Shown one piece after another: positions 8,915 through 18,503 of a DNA stretch of 64,000 nucleotides (position 1 is the stretch's first letter; each line of letters starts with the position of its first letter). The notes below the pieces were generated by a model. The model was not told the DNA's origin. It saw nothing but the letters and a program-made list of their open reading frames with translations, and searched no databases. Source of the DNA: Nannocystales bacterium (GTDB lineage: Bacteria > Myxococcota_A > Polyangia > Nannocystales > Nannocystaceae); assembly GCA_050633305.1 (NCBI GenBank), contig JBOEGF010000023.1, positions 96,001 through 160,000 on the forward strand. Reading direction: 5' to 3'. The position numbers and the translations under genes are program-made.

Positions 8915-10015
8915 CTAGGCGCAAACGCCGGAAGAGCTACAGGACAAGCCATCCAGCGTGGCGCATTCGAAGTTGGACTCGCACGGGTCCCCTGCACCGC
9001 CATCCTGACAACGCTCTTCGAAGCAGATCGAAGCGTCAGCGCTGCACTGCGCTGCACTCTCACACGGGTCGCCTTCCGAGCCGTCCTGACACGTACCTTG
9101 ATGGCAACGAGAAGCCTCGGGGGAACAATCGGTGCTCGAACCACAGGCGTCCCCCTCCGACCCGTCGGAGCAGGTCCCCTCGGTACACTTCAACCCCTGA
9201 GCACAATGAATGGCGGACATGCATGCGTCCCCCTCCGCCCCGAGTTGGCACGACCCCTCGAAGCACAGAAGCTCCCCCGAACAGCCCGCCGCTTCGCAGT
9301 CTTCTGCACCGGCGCATGCTCCCGCCTCACACACCCCCGAGGCACAATCGCTCCCCAGTGTGCACTCGGTGCCGGCCTCCCCCGTCGAGCAGACGTCCTG
9401 GACACAGAAAGGACGATCGGGGTGGCAGTCCGAGGCGAAGGTGCAGCTCTCGATGGCATCGGGGTCCCACCATGCGACCGAGACATCAACGACAACGTCG
9501 CAGTCGAGGGACTCGGACCCAAGAACAGCCTCCACGCGATACCTCCAGGTCAGCTCGCCACGCCCCCCTGGCTCGAGGGTTCCTTCGACATCGTTGATGG
9601 CTTGGCCCACCGGTTCGCCAAACTCGGTCACCGTGTTGACCCCACCAAGGCGAAGCTCCCCGTCCGCATCGATGCCACCGTGCAGGACGACATCGTCTTG
9701 GACCTCGGTCTCATTGAAGAGACGAGCCTGCAGTGCCCCGTCGTTCTGGAGCAGCCACAGGCCGTCCCCCGCGAGTTCGGTGTTTTCGCAGACCCGCGCC
9801 GTGGAGCCCGAGCGGCAAGAACACGCGCGAGTCTCATATGCCGTGAACAGGTAGGCGCCGCTGGCTGCATCTCCCACAGCGTCCCCTTCGGAGATGTCGT
9901 CGACGTCTTCGGGGTCCAGAGGCTCGCTGCCACCGACGGACAGGTCATCGCCCAAGCATCCGGAAACAGCCAAACAAAGGAGCACGGAGGCGCGAATCAA
10001 GGATGTAGTGTTCAT
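8915..10015 (-). CDS. Lipoprotein with tandem Cys-rich repeats (cargo of ECF cassette 2)
   Basis: Lipobox LAVSGC, repeats of CxDGxEGDxCxSxxxC, ATGA overlap with the anti-sigma gene. Confidence 0.8.
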   Translation of the reverse strand: MNTTSLIRASVLLCLAVSGCLGDDLSVGGSEPLDPEDVDDISEGDAVGDAASGAYLFTAYETRACSCRSGSTARVCENTELAGDGLWLLQNDGALQARLFNETEVQDDVVLHGGIDADGELRLGGVNTVTEFGEPVGQAINDVEGTLEPGGRGELTWRYRVEAVLGSESLDCDVVVDVSVAWWDPDAIESCTFASDCHPDRPFCVQDVCSTGEAGTECTLGSDCASGVCEAGACAGAEDCEAAGCSGELLCFEGSCQLGAEGDACMSAIHCAQGLKCTEGTCSDGSEGDACGSSTDCSPEASRCHQGTCQDGSEGDPCESAAQCSADASICFEERCQDGGAGDPCESNFECATLDGLSCSSSGVCA

Positions 10016-10725
10016 GGTCTATCCAGTTTGCAAAGGGTTCGAAGTCGGTCGCTGATCGGTGCCCGAGGCCAACGCTTCGCTCTTCGGGCAGCGAGTTTTT
10101 TCCCGGCTTCGAGGTCCCCCCGACCGCAGCGTGCGGCGGCTTCGAGGTCCATGCGGTCGGCGCTCAGCGAGCCTTTTGCGAAGGAGACCCGGTGCTTCTT
10201 CGCAAGTGCGAGTGCGTTGGAGAAACGGCCCGCCGCAACGTCTCGGCGCATCGTGTCGACGAGCGCGAGCTCTTCTGCGAGACCGGGCGGAGGCGCCGGT
10301 GGGACCGAAGCGCGAGTCCTGCGTGCAGGTTGAGGGTCGGGGGCCGGTGTCGAAGCGGGCGGAGCGGCCAAGACTGGCGCGGCCTCGACGTTGGGTGCGG
10401 GCGGCGTATCCTCCGGACTCGGGGGTACAACGACCGGAGCCTGAACCCGAGCGCGCGGTGGGTCTTGGGACGGGTTGTTCAGAGCCCACCCGCCAGCCAT
10501 CGCCGAGGTCCCGATCACGATGGCGGCCAAGACCTTGAGGAAGCCTCCCGAGCCGGCTGCCGTCGTGGCCGCTTCGGCTGCGCCTCCCGGTGGGATCGGC
10601 GGCGGCACCTGCCATGCCGCCGCGATTCCTGCCCACGCGGTATCGGGGGACTTCGGGATCGCGTCGACTTCGTCACGCTCTGCCGCGACCAACTCCGCCA
10701 AAGGTCCATCCAGTCGATCCATCAC
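10012..10725 (-). CDS. Putative single-pass anti-sigma factor with periplasmic TPR-like domain
   Basis: Overlaps the sigma stop. TM LAAIVIGTSAMAGGWAL, Pro linker, LAEELALVD...SFAKGSL, homologous to the C-terminal half of 5221-6408. Confidence 0.75.
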   Translation of the reverse strand: MMDRLDGPLAELVAAERDEVDAIPKSPDTAWAGIAAAWQVPPPIPPGGAAEAATTAAGSGGFLKVLAAIVIGTSAMAGGWALNNPSQDPPRARVQAPVVVPPSPEDTPPAPNVEAAPVLAAPPASTPAPDPQPARRTRASVPPAPPPGLAEELALVDTMRRDVAAGRFSNALALAKKHRVSFAKGSLSADRMDLEAAARCGRGDLEAGKKLAARRAKRWPRAPISDRLRTLCKLDRP

Positions 10726-11261
10726 CGTCCCCCTTCCTCTGACAACTCCCGATACGCGTCGGCGAGCTGCTTACGAGCGGCCCGAATCCGGGCGTAGATC
10801 GTGTTGACGTTGACCCCCAGCCCCGCCGAAATCTCGACGGCAGTCATGCCTTCGACGTCCGCGAGAATGAACGCCGCCCGGCGGTCCTCATCCAGCAACG
10901 CAAGCAAGCGGTGCAGCGTGTCGGCGGCGTCTCTTCGCTCGAAGGGCTCGTCGAGCACGGCAGAGGTCTGCACCACGACCGCGGCCCGGCGTTGCCGACG
11001 TCGTTCTCCCCGGCGCTCGGTATGCGCCACCCGCATGAGGATGCCGAACAACCACGTGCGAACAGCGCTTCGGCCCTCGAACGCCTCGAGCTTTCGACCG
11101 GCGACAATGAACGTCTCCTGAACGACGTCGTCCACCGCGGCGTGCGTGACCCCGAGCCGGAGCGCACTTCGATAGACGAAGTCGTAGTGCGCCTCGAAAA
11201 GCGCCCGCAAGGCGGGTGGCGGCGCCTGTGGAGACGTCGCGGTAGCAGGAGCCGAACTCAT
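10722..11261 (-). CDS. ECF sigma-70 factor
   Basis: FEAHYDFVYR, DDVVQETF, FEGRSAVRTWLFGI, FILADVEGMTAVEIS...VNTIYARIRAAR. Confidence 0.92.
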   Translation of the reverse strand: MSSAPATATSPQAPPPALRALFEAHYDFVYRSALRLGVTHAAVDDVVQETFIVAGRKLEAFEGRSAVRTWLFGILMRVAHTERRGERRRQRRAAVVVQTSAVLDEPFERRDAADTLHRLLALLDEDRRAAFILADVEGMTAVEISAGLGVNVNTIYARIRAARKQLADAYRELSEEGGR

Positions 11262-12265
11262 GGGCTTTCGAGTCTGGGTTGCCGCACCGGGGGTGAATCC
11301 GTGTCGGCGCCGAAGAAAAAAACGATCCCCAGCGAAATCGAACCTCCTCCCCTTGGCATCCCAAACACCCGCGTGCCGTCGTCGAGCGTCACAGCGGGCC
11401 GCAGCAGAGACACGAATCCCTCGAGCGAAGCCCACACCCCAACTCGGCGACCCCACCGAACCGTGACCGCCGGACGCAGATTCGCAGTCGCCCAGCCGAC
11501 CGCTCCGCGGCGCTCCACGCTCAGGCCGTCACCCCGCCCACGCAACGCGCCTGCGTCGATCCCCGCGAGGAGCGGGAACTGGACCCGGCCGCGGCCCATT
11601 GCCCAACCCGCCGCGAGTCCGGCCCCCCATGACTGCAGCCGTACCGAGCCTCCGGAGGACACGCGGGCCGGAGACGTGAAGAGGCCTCGTCCGCGTACGT
11701 CCACGCGGAGCCCGCTCCACCCCAGCGTCCCTCCAACTTCCGCCCCTCCGAAACCCGCTGGCAGCAACCCGAACCCGCCTTGTCCGGCGAGTCGGATCTG
11801 TCCCGTGAAAGGGTGTACCGCGGTCGGGGGTGTGGGCCGAGGGACGTCCGACCCCGGCGGTCGCCTCGACGGCTCGGACTGCGGCTTCACCTCTGGCTCC
11901 GGCTCCGCTTCTGGCTCTGGTTCCGGCTCCGGCTCCGCTTCCGCTTCCACTTCCGGCTCGACAAACACCGCGACCATCGTCGCGGCCGCCTCAGCCAACA
12001 GCACACAACTCTCATCCTCGACGTCGCGGCGGTGGGTCCCCTCGTCGTCGATCACCCACAACCGAAGCGCCCACCCGCCCGTCTCAGTCTCCCGCACACG
12101 AGCGATCGCATTGAGCCTCGCTCCGTCTGCACTTCGAACCGGGGCCCCCACCCTCTCGCGGACCATCGCCTCGACAGCCTCCGCGGAAGGACACTGCGGC
12201 GGGGCGTCCCACTCGAACCCAACATCGGGCGCCAGTGCGAGCGCAGCAAGGACGAGAGTCAACAC
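11258..12265 (-). CDS. Exported protein: WxAPxxCP domain + (EP)n linker + putative small OM beta-barrel
   Basis: WDAPPQCPS, DESCVLLAEAAA, EPEPEP linker, strands ending ISLGIVFFF. Paralog of 6427-7434. Confidence 0.75.
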   Translation of the reverse strand: MLTLVLAALALAPDVGFEWDAPPQCPSAEAVEAMVRERVGAPVRSADGARLNAIARVRETETGGWALRLWVIDDEGTHRRDVEDESCVLLAEAAATMVAVFVEPEVEAEAEPEPEPEPEAEPEPEVKPQSEPSRRPPGSDVPRPTPPTAVHPFTGQIRLAGQGGFGLLPAGFGGAEVGGTLGWSGLRVDVRGRGLFTSPARVSSGGSVRLQSWGAGLAAGWAMGRGRVQFPLLAGIDAGALRGRGDGLSVERRGAVGWATANLRPAVTVRWGRRVGVWASLEGFVSLLRPAVTLDDGTRVFGMPRGGGSISLGIVFFFGADTDSPPVRQPRLESP

Positions 12266-12748
12266 GCGCGTCGAATGTACCGGGTTGGGGCCCCCATTCG
12301 CACTCGGAGGACAGTCCGTACCCGCTCGTCCCCGAGCCGGTCAGCACACTGCCGCCGCACACCCCATCCGTGTCGGGTCGGGCCCTCCATCACAACCGAC
12401 AGCCCTCCTGCCGAACAGCAGCATCCATGGAGTCCGGTGCTCCCGTCTCATGCGTTTCAAGCTTCACTCGTGTTGTCCAAGCCTGGTTTCGTACGCCCTG
12501 CGAAGCCCCGGGATTCAGAGGTTGAACCCCGGCTCGGATGCACCTCACAGACCGACCGGAGTTCCATGCGACTCCGTCACGAAAACGCCCCGCTGCGGCA
12601 ACTCATTCACATCGCCCCACCACACATCAGATTCTCTCGCTTCGTCACGGATTCACGCCTTCGCGGCAACTCAACTCGCGACGGTGTGTTGGGGCGATCG
12701 GCGCGGTCCGCTGGCGTAAACACCGGCGGATGTGGTGTCTTACGCTTC

Positions 12749-15055
12749 GTGCACTTGAAGACTTGGACTTGCGCATTGCCCCTGGGCCTCTTGGCCGCGT
12801 GCTCCGACGCCCCGGCCGAGACCACGACCGACAGCGCGACGATGGGTGTGGAGACCCTCTCCGGCACGGATTCGGGGACCGACGGTAGTTCGAGCGGGGA
12901 CCCCACGACCGGGCCCAGCACATCAGGAGCGCCCGACACCGACGACACCACGGGGTCGGCCTGCGTGGAAGACTGCGGCGATGGGACCTGCGTTGACGGC
13001 GCATGCTGCCCTGCCGAAGCAGTCTGCGACGGGGTCTGTTGCGCGGGCGACGATGTGTGTTCGTTCCAAGAGTGCGTGACGCCCGGAGCCGAGTGCGTCG
13101 ACGCCAGCGAGTGTGCCGACGATGAGTACTGCGAGTACTCGCTGGGCGAACCCGGCGACGAGGGCAAAGGCAAGTGCGGTGGAGGCGTATCCCTCGCGAC
13201 GGGCCGTTGCCTCCCCGAGCCCCCATCGTGTCCCGAGGGTGTGGTTCCCGAGGGCGACGAAATCGACTGCCTGCCCGAGTGCGAAGTCATCCCCGAGCCG
13301 AGCTTTGCCCCCGAGCTGAAATACCACTGGGATCTGGGCAACTCGATGATGGCGCCGATCATCATCCAGCTCGACGACGACAACTGCGACGACGAGGTCG
13401 ACGAGCGCGACATCCCCGAGATCGTCTTCGCCACGTTCGAAACCAACCAGTACAACGTCAACGGAACGCTCCACGCGATCTCGATCGTCGACGGGGCCAT
13501 CGTCGACAAGTGGTCCGCGAACCCGCAGGACGTCCAGATCAACCCCGGCCGCTCCATCGCCTCGGGAAACATCGACGGAATCCCCGGCAATGAGATCGTC
13601 GTGTGCCTGACCAACGGTGGTGCCCGGGCCTACCGTGCTGACGGGACCGAACTGTGGACCTCCGACTACGTCGGAGGCTGCTTCATGCCTTCGATCGCCG
13701 ACTTCAACCAGGATGGCGCACCCGAGGTCGCGTTCCAGAACGGAATCGTGGCGGGCGCGACTGGGATCACGCAGGCCACCTACGCCGGAGCCAGCGGCGC
13801 GAGCAGCATCGTCGTCAGCGACATTGATGCGGACGGCATGTTGGAGGTGGTCGCACCAGCGGCAGCGTTTGAGGCCGACGGCACGCAAATCGCCGCGACA
13901 GGGCTCGGAGGCAGCCACCCGGCCGTCGCCGACTTCGACGGTGACGGGTCGGCCGAGGTGGCGACGATCGTCACCGCCAACCACACTCTCGTGGTCTGGC
14001 GGCCCGACCCCGCAGATCCGGCCGGGGCCGACATCATTCGCCAGGACATCAACATCAACGGAGACCTGGGAGCCTGTTCGGGCGACACAGGCGGCGGACC
14101 CCCCACCATCGCCGACTTCAACGGCGACGGCGTTCCGGACGTTGGCGTCGCCGCAGGCGTCGGGTATGCGGTCTTCGACGGCGATGCCTTGCTGACGCCC
14201 GCGATCGCGGACGAGACCACGCTGCTGTGGATCACACCAGCGGTCGACTGCTCATCGCGACAAACGGGGAGCTCGGTGTTCGACTTCGACGGCAACGGCC
14301 AGGCCGAGGTTGTCTACGCGGACCAAGAGTACCTGCGCATCTACGATGGCCCCACGGGCGCCGTCCTGTTCGAAACCTGCAACACCACGGGCACCTTGTG
14401 GGAGTACCCACTGGTCGCCGACGTCGACAACGACGGCCACGCCGACATCGTCGCGATCAGCAACGACTACTCCTCGATCACGTGCCCGGATGACGGGAGC
14501 CAGCAACGTGGAGTCCGGGTGTTTGGCGACCAAGAGGGCAACTGGGTCCGGACGCGACGCATCTGGAACCAGCACGCCTACCACGTGACCAACGTCGAAG
14601 AGGACGGCACCATCCCGCCCGCCGAGGTCGCCAACTGGACCGTGCCGCGTCTCAACAACTTCCGACAGAACGTCCAGCCCGAGGGCGAGTTCTCTGCGCC
14701 CGACCTCATCGTCAGCGTGGGCCCCGACTGCAGCCCGATGGCGTACGGTGTTGTCGCCACCGTCCGCAACATCGGACGCGCAGCCGTTCCTGCCGGCGTC
14801 CCGGTGACGTTCTACGCCGGCGACCCTGCGTCGGGCGGCGTGCTGCTGGGCACGATGTCGACCACCAAAGAGCTGTACCCGGCCGAAGGCGAGGAGTTGA
14901 CGCTCATCCCCGACACCAACGCTCAAGAGCTCCGCGACGGTGTGGTTGAAGCATGGGCCGTCGTCGACGAGGGGAACCCGGTCCACACGTGGCGCGAGTG
15001 CCGTCCAGACAACAACGATGCGTCTGCACTCGTTCCTTGCAACATCTCCGGATAG
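12749..15055 (+). CDS. FG-GAP/VCBS-repeat lipoprotein with Cys-rich N-terminus and CARDB-like C-terminus
   Basis: GTG start, lipobox LLAAC, repeated ADFDGDG/DFNGDG Ca-binding blades, PDL...VRNIG. The ORF-track extension to 11780 overlaps an opposite-strand gene. Confidence 0.85.
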   Translation: MHLKTWTCALPLGLLAACSDAPAETTTDSATMGVETLSGTDSGTDGSSSGDPTTGPSTSGAPDTDDTTGSACVEDCGDGTCVDGACCPAEAVCDGVCCAGDDVCSFQECVTPGAECVDASECADDEYCEYSLGEPGDEGKGKCGGGVSLATGRCLPEPPSCPEGVVPEGDEIDCLPECEVIPEPSFAPELKYHWDLGNSMMAPIIIQLDDDNCDDEVDERDIPEIVFATFETNQYNVNGTLHAISIVDGAIVDKWSANPQDVQINPGRSIASGNIDGIPGNEIVVCLTNGGARAYRADGTELWTSDYVGGCFMPSIADFNQDGAPEVAFQNGIVAGATGITQATYAGASGASSIVVSDIDADGMLEVVAPAAAFEADGTQIAATGLGGSHPAVADFDGDGSAEVATIVTANHTLVVWRPDPADPAGADIIRQDININGDLGACSGDTGGGPPTIADFNGDGVPDVGVAAGVGYAVFDGDALLTPAIADETTLLWITPAVDCSSRQTGSSVFDFDGNGQAEVVYADQEYLRIYDGPTGAVLFETCNTTGTLWEYPLVADVDNDGHADIVAISNDYSSITCPDDGSQQRGVRVFGDQEGNWVRTRRIWNQHAYHVTNVEEDGTIPPAEVANWTVPRLNNFRQNVQPEGEFSAPDLIVSVGPDCSPMAYGVVATVRNIGRAAVPAGVPVTFYAGDPASGGVLLGTMSTTKELYPAEGEELTLIPDTNAQELRDGVVEAWAVVDEGNPVHTWRECRPDNNDASALVPCNISG

Positions 15056-15128
15056 GGCACTTCTCGTGACATAGACTGCGGTCTTCGCGGGAATGCAGGG
15101 TCACATTCGAGCGTGCTACATACCCGCG

Positions 15129-16247
15129 ATGCTGCGTCGATGCGCTCTCTTGGTCGCGCCGCTCCTGCTTTGGGCGGCGGCGTTTGCAATGTCCACCCCC
15201 GCGCAGGCCAAGGGCAGCAAGTGCTCGTACGTCGTCAAGAAGGGCGACACGATCGCTCAGATCGCTCGGCGCAAGGGTCTCACCACCGATGCGCTGCTCA
15301 AGGCCAACCCCGCGTTGCGCAAGAACCCCAAACGGCTGCGGCCCGGCCAAACCGTTCGGCTTTGCAAGGCCAAGCGCTACGCCAAGAGCTCGGGCAAGAA
15401 GTGCGGCAAGTCGGGACGGGTCATCACCCACACCATCGGCGCGGGGGAGACGCTCGGTGCGCTTGCGGCCAAGTACGACACCTCGGTCGCGGCAATTCGC
15501 CGCAGCAACAGCAAGCTCAAGAAGCGCAAGAACAGCATGATCCGCAAAGGCGAGTCCCTGCGGATCTGCTCGTCGGCGGGACCACGTGCCAAAGACAACC
15601 TCGCCGGAGGCGTTCAGCTGCCCGAGGGCGATGGCTACGTACGGCGACGGCCAGCGAACGCGTGGGGCAAGCCCGCGATCATTCATAGTCTGGTCGCCGC
15701 GATCGACCGCTACCACCAGCGCGTGGACGGGGCCGACCCAGTCCGCATCGGGGATATCAGCCGGAAGTCCGGTGGACCTCTGGGCGGGCACCTCTCGCAC
15801 CAAGGTGGCCGCGACATCGACATCGCCTACGTTTGGCAAGCAGGCAACGGAGACCAGAAGATCATCGATGTTCCTCGCTCGTGGGAACTCCTCAAGGCGT
15901 TCACCGAAGACGCCAACCTCAAGGTGATCTTCACCGACTACGAGCTCCAGGAGCAGCTCTACGAGCACGCTCTCGCGATCGGCGAGGACCCGCAGCTACT
16001 CGACGAACTCTTCGAGTACCCCAACCGCGGCAGCTCCGGCGCGGTCCTGTACCACTGGCGCGGGCACAGCCGTCACTTTCACGTCCGCTACCGTCGCGAC
16101 GCGCGCATCACCGACACCTGCGAGGAGTTGCCCGGCACGTTGGTCGTCGACCGGGAAGGTTCGTGGGCTCGTGTCCTGCCGCGCGGACCCAATGGTCCAG
16201 TGATCATCCCGGCACGCTGGTGCCACGGCGACACCCCACGCGGCTGA
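15129..16247 (+). CDS. LysM x2 + MepA-like penicillin-insensitive murein endopeptidase
   Basis: YVVKKGDTIAQIA and HTIGAGETLGALA LysM domains; IGDIS..GG...HLSHQGGRDID and HSRHFHVR Zn motifs. Confidence 0.88.
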   Translation: MLRRCALLVAPLLLWAAAFAMSTPAQAKGSKCSYVVKKGDTIAQIARRKGLTTDALLKANPALRKNPKRLRPGQTVRLCKAKRYAKSSGKKCGKSGRVITHTIGAGETLGALAAKYDTSVAAIRRSNSKLKKRKNSMIRKGESLRICSSAGPRAKDNLAGGVQLPEGDGYVRRRPANAWGKPAIIHSLVAAIDRYHQRVDGADPVRIGDISRKSGGPLGGHLSHQGGRDIDIAYVWQAGNGDQKIIDVPRSWELLKAFTEDANLKVIFTDYELQEQLYEHALAIGEDPQLLDELFEYPNRGSSGAVLYHWRGHSRHFHVRYRRDARITDTCEELPGTLVVDREGSWARVLPRGPNGPVIIPARWCHGDTPRG

Positions 16248-16258
16248 CCGAGACGGCT

Positions 16259-16822
16259 TCAACGTCCGAAGGTGACCTCGACATCCAGAGAGTCGTGGGT
16301 GTGGCGTAGAGCCTCAATCCGACACGACATGCCCCCACAGATCCGAGTGATCCCCCGGATCGAGCCCGTGGTCAGCAGACGGTAGACCGGCGCATCGAAG
16401 TAGGGAAACCGTGTGTAGTAGACGCGGGCTCTCACCGCATCACGGTCCACCTCGACCTTCCCTGCGCCGCGCCGCATGCGGTCCCATAGGACGGGGATCT
16501 TTCCGACGACAAACCCGGGCGTCGAGAGTTGCAGCAGGACGCGGAAGAACCGGCTCACCCCGTGGATGGTGACCGCCTCCATGAGTTCCTCGAAGCGAGC
16601 GTCACTTCCACCCGCGGTCACGCGGTGCACACCGTCGAGCACGACGGCGAGGGCGTCCTCGGGGTACCAGGCCGACACGAGCGGGTCCGCAAGGGCTGCC
16701 TGCGCAGCGGCGGGCAGCGATTCGAGGAGCTCGGGCAAAGCTCCTCGGTGCCCCTCCTGCTCCAGGTATCCGCGCAGGGACGCGAACCAGATTCCCTTCA
16801 CCTCGCTCGTCGGGCTGGTCAT
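16259..16822 (-). CDS. DUF2378/TIGR02265-like myxobacterial protein
   Basis: N-terminal VKG, SAWYP motif and size resemble this myxobacterial family. Confidence 0.6.
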   Translation of the reverse strand: MTSPTSEVKGIWFASLRGYLEQEGHRGALPELLESLPAAAQAALADPLVSAWYPEDALAVVLDGVHRVTAGGSDARFEELMEAVTIHGVSRFFRVLLQLSTPGFVVGKIPVLWDRMRRGAGKVEVDRDAVRARVYYTRFPYFDAPVYRLLTTGSIRGITRICGGMSCRIEALRHTHDSLDVEVTFGR

Positions 16823-17037
16823 GGTCGGGCGCGAACCACGTCAGTGTACATCAGCCAACACACGGCCAGACAGCGTCGGTCGTCACGACCCGGTGCCCGC
16901 AAAGCAACCCCAGAGAACAGCGTCCATCCACCCTTGGACCACCGCTATCCAGCAGTCGTCGCGGCCGACCCATCAACGAGCAGTCAGACCGGTACGGGGG
17001 GACAGCAGCCCACAGCGCGGGTGCTATTGTCTCGGGC

Positions 17038-17772
17038 ATGCGCCGTCTCCTCGTCCTGGCCTTGCTGACCTCGGCCGGCTGTGACAACGACGACGCCGAT
17101 GCGGCGGCAAAGCGAGCATCGGACGCGCTTCGCAAGGCCAAGCAGGAAGCTCGCAAGGGCTACGACAAGGCGGAGAAGGGTGCCCGGGTAGGATACGCGA
17201 AGGCCGAGCGGGGCGTTCGAGCTGGTGCCGATAGAGCTGGCGTCGCCCTGCGCAAGGCCAGCGCGGGCGCGCACGACGGCTACATTGACGCCAAGGACCG
17301 GGTCAACGCCATCGACTGGGTGGCAGCGTTTGACGCGACCCGCGAGCAGCTCGACCAGGCCTCGGACGCCCTCAAGCCCGCGCCCACCGATCCCGGCCCA
17401 GCCGACGCGTGGTGGAACCGAGGGAGCGAGGCTGTCACCTGCGAGGCTCAGCGCTGCACCGTCGCCGCATGGTTCGTCACCGAGGCCAGAGGCAACCCCG
17501 TCCGCATGATGGGCGACGTCAAGGTTCTCACCGCGCTCGACGACTCGGGATGGCTGCTCGAGAGTGTCCGTGAAGGGAGCGCAGCGCATGTGATGGGCTT
17601 CCGCGCGGGCGACATCATTCGCACCATCGCGGACCGGCCACTTACAGATGGATTGGCGCGCATCGAGATCCTTGGCGTGCTACGAAAAGCGGACGAAGTC
17701 GAGACGACGTTTGTCCGGGTCGGTGAGACGGAGGTCTCGACACTGACGATTCGCTTCGAGACCCCGGGGTGA
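17038..17772 (+). CDS. Lipoprotein with helical repeats and C-terminal PDZ-like domain
   Basis: Lipobox SAGC; GWLLESVREGSAAHVMGFRAGDIIRTI resembles a GspC-type PDZ. Confidence 0.7.
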   Translation: MRRLLVLALLTSAGCDNDDADAAAKRASDALRKAKQEARKGYDKAEKGARVGYAKAERGVRAGADRAGVALRKASAGAHDGYIDAKDRVNAIDWVAAFDATREQLDQASDALKPAPTDPGPADAWWNRGSEAVTCEAQRCTVAAWFVTEARGNPVRMMGDVKVLTALDDSGWLLESVREGSAAHVMGFRAGDIIRTIADRPLTDGLARIEILGVLRKADEVETTFVRVGETEVSTLTIRFETPG

Positions 17773-17869
17773 GGCGGAATGCAGACTCAGAGTCCGCACC
17801 GCGCGACGGAAATCTGCGGCCCGAGATGATCGAGCAGCCACCCGCACGCACTACCCCGATGGACCCCTC

Positions 17870-18454
17870 ATGTACGCCGTCCCATTCGTTCTTCTTCTTG
17901 CCGGTGCGCCGAGCCCATCCCCGGGACCCGAGGCCACCACCGGACATGAGCACGGGTTCAATGGCGGCGCGTACCTGACGCTCTCCACGGGCGCCAACCT
18001 CTGGGTGGCAGAGAGCGGCTCGGCGCCGGCCGGCTTCAGCGCCGAGACGACAGGGGGGTATCTGTGGAGCTTCCCGAACCGGTTGAAGGTCTCCGTAGGG
18101 GGCGGATTCAAGCACCGCACGATGCACCTCGGAGCACGGTATGGACCCAGCTACGAGTCGGGCTGGCTCGCGGTCGTACGCGTCGGGGCTGGCACGGACC
18201 GGCTGTGGGGGTACGGACTGCTCTCGCCAGCGATCACGATGCGGAGCGACCCTCCCACCGTCGAAGGCGGATTCAGCGACGCGGGAGGCGTCCTCGCGTT
18301 CGAGGCTGGTGGGGGTGTGGCGGCCGTGGTGTGGCGTGGCTTGTTCGTGGGCGGAGAACTCACGCTCGACATGGGCGGCTGGGAGGCGCTACCGCGGCCC
18401 GAGGAGGGCCTCATCTATCTCAATGCCCGGTTCGTGACGGGCTGGTCGTTCTAG
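17870..18454 (+). CDS. Putative small outer-membrane beta-barrel protein
   Basis: Signal peptide, alternating Gly/aromatic strands, C-terminal GWSF. Confidence 0.65.
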   Translation: MYAVPFVLLLAGAPSPSPGPEATTGHEHGFNGGAYLTLSTGANLWVAESGSAPAGFSAETTGGYLWSFPNRLKVSVGGGFKHRTMHLGARYGPSYESGWLAVVRVGAGTDRLWGYGLLSPAITMRSDPPTVEGGFSDAGGVLAFEAGGGVAAVVWRGLFVGGELTLDMGGWEALPRPEEGLIYLNARFVTGWSF

Positions 18455-18503
18455 CAGCCATCGAACCCCGCTCCGCTCGGGAATCTGCGGTACGGTTCTG
18501 GCG

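Noticed and set aside
10016..11310. Shared promoter for cassette 2 (CACGGAT-N16-AACCC vs CACCGAT-N15-AACCC)
   Set aside because: Short match with differing spacers and distances to ATG; too weak to call.
10911..12719. 602-aa plus-strand ORF and other long antisense/alternate-frame ORFs (e.g. 55641-57941, 58409-60148, 52722-54212)
   Set aside because: Shadow ORFs typical of high-GC DNA; they overlap well-supported genes and show no motifs.
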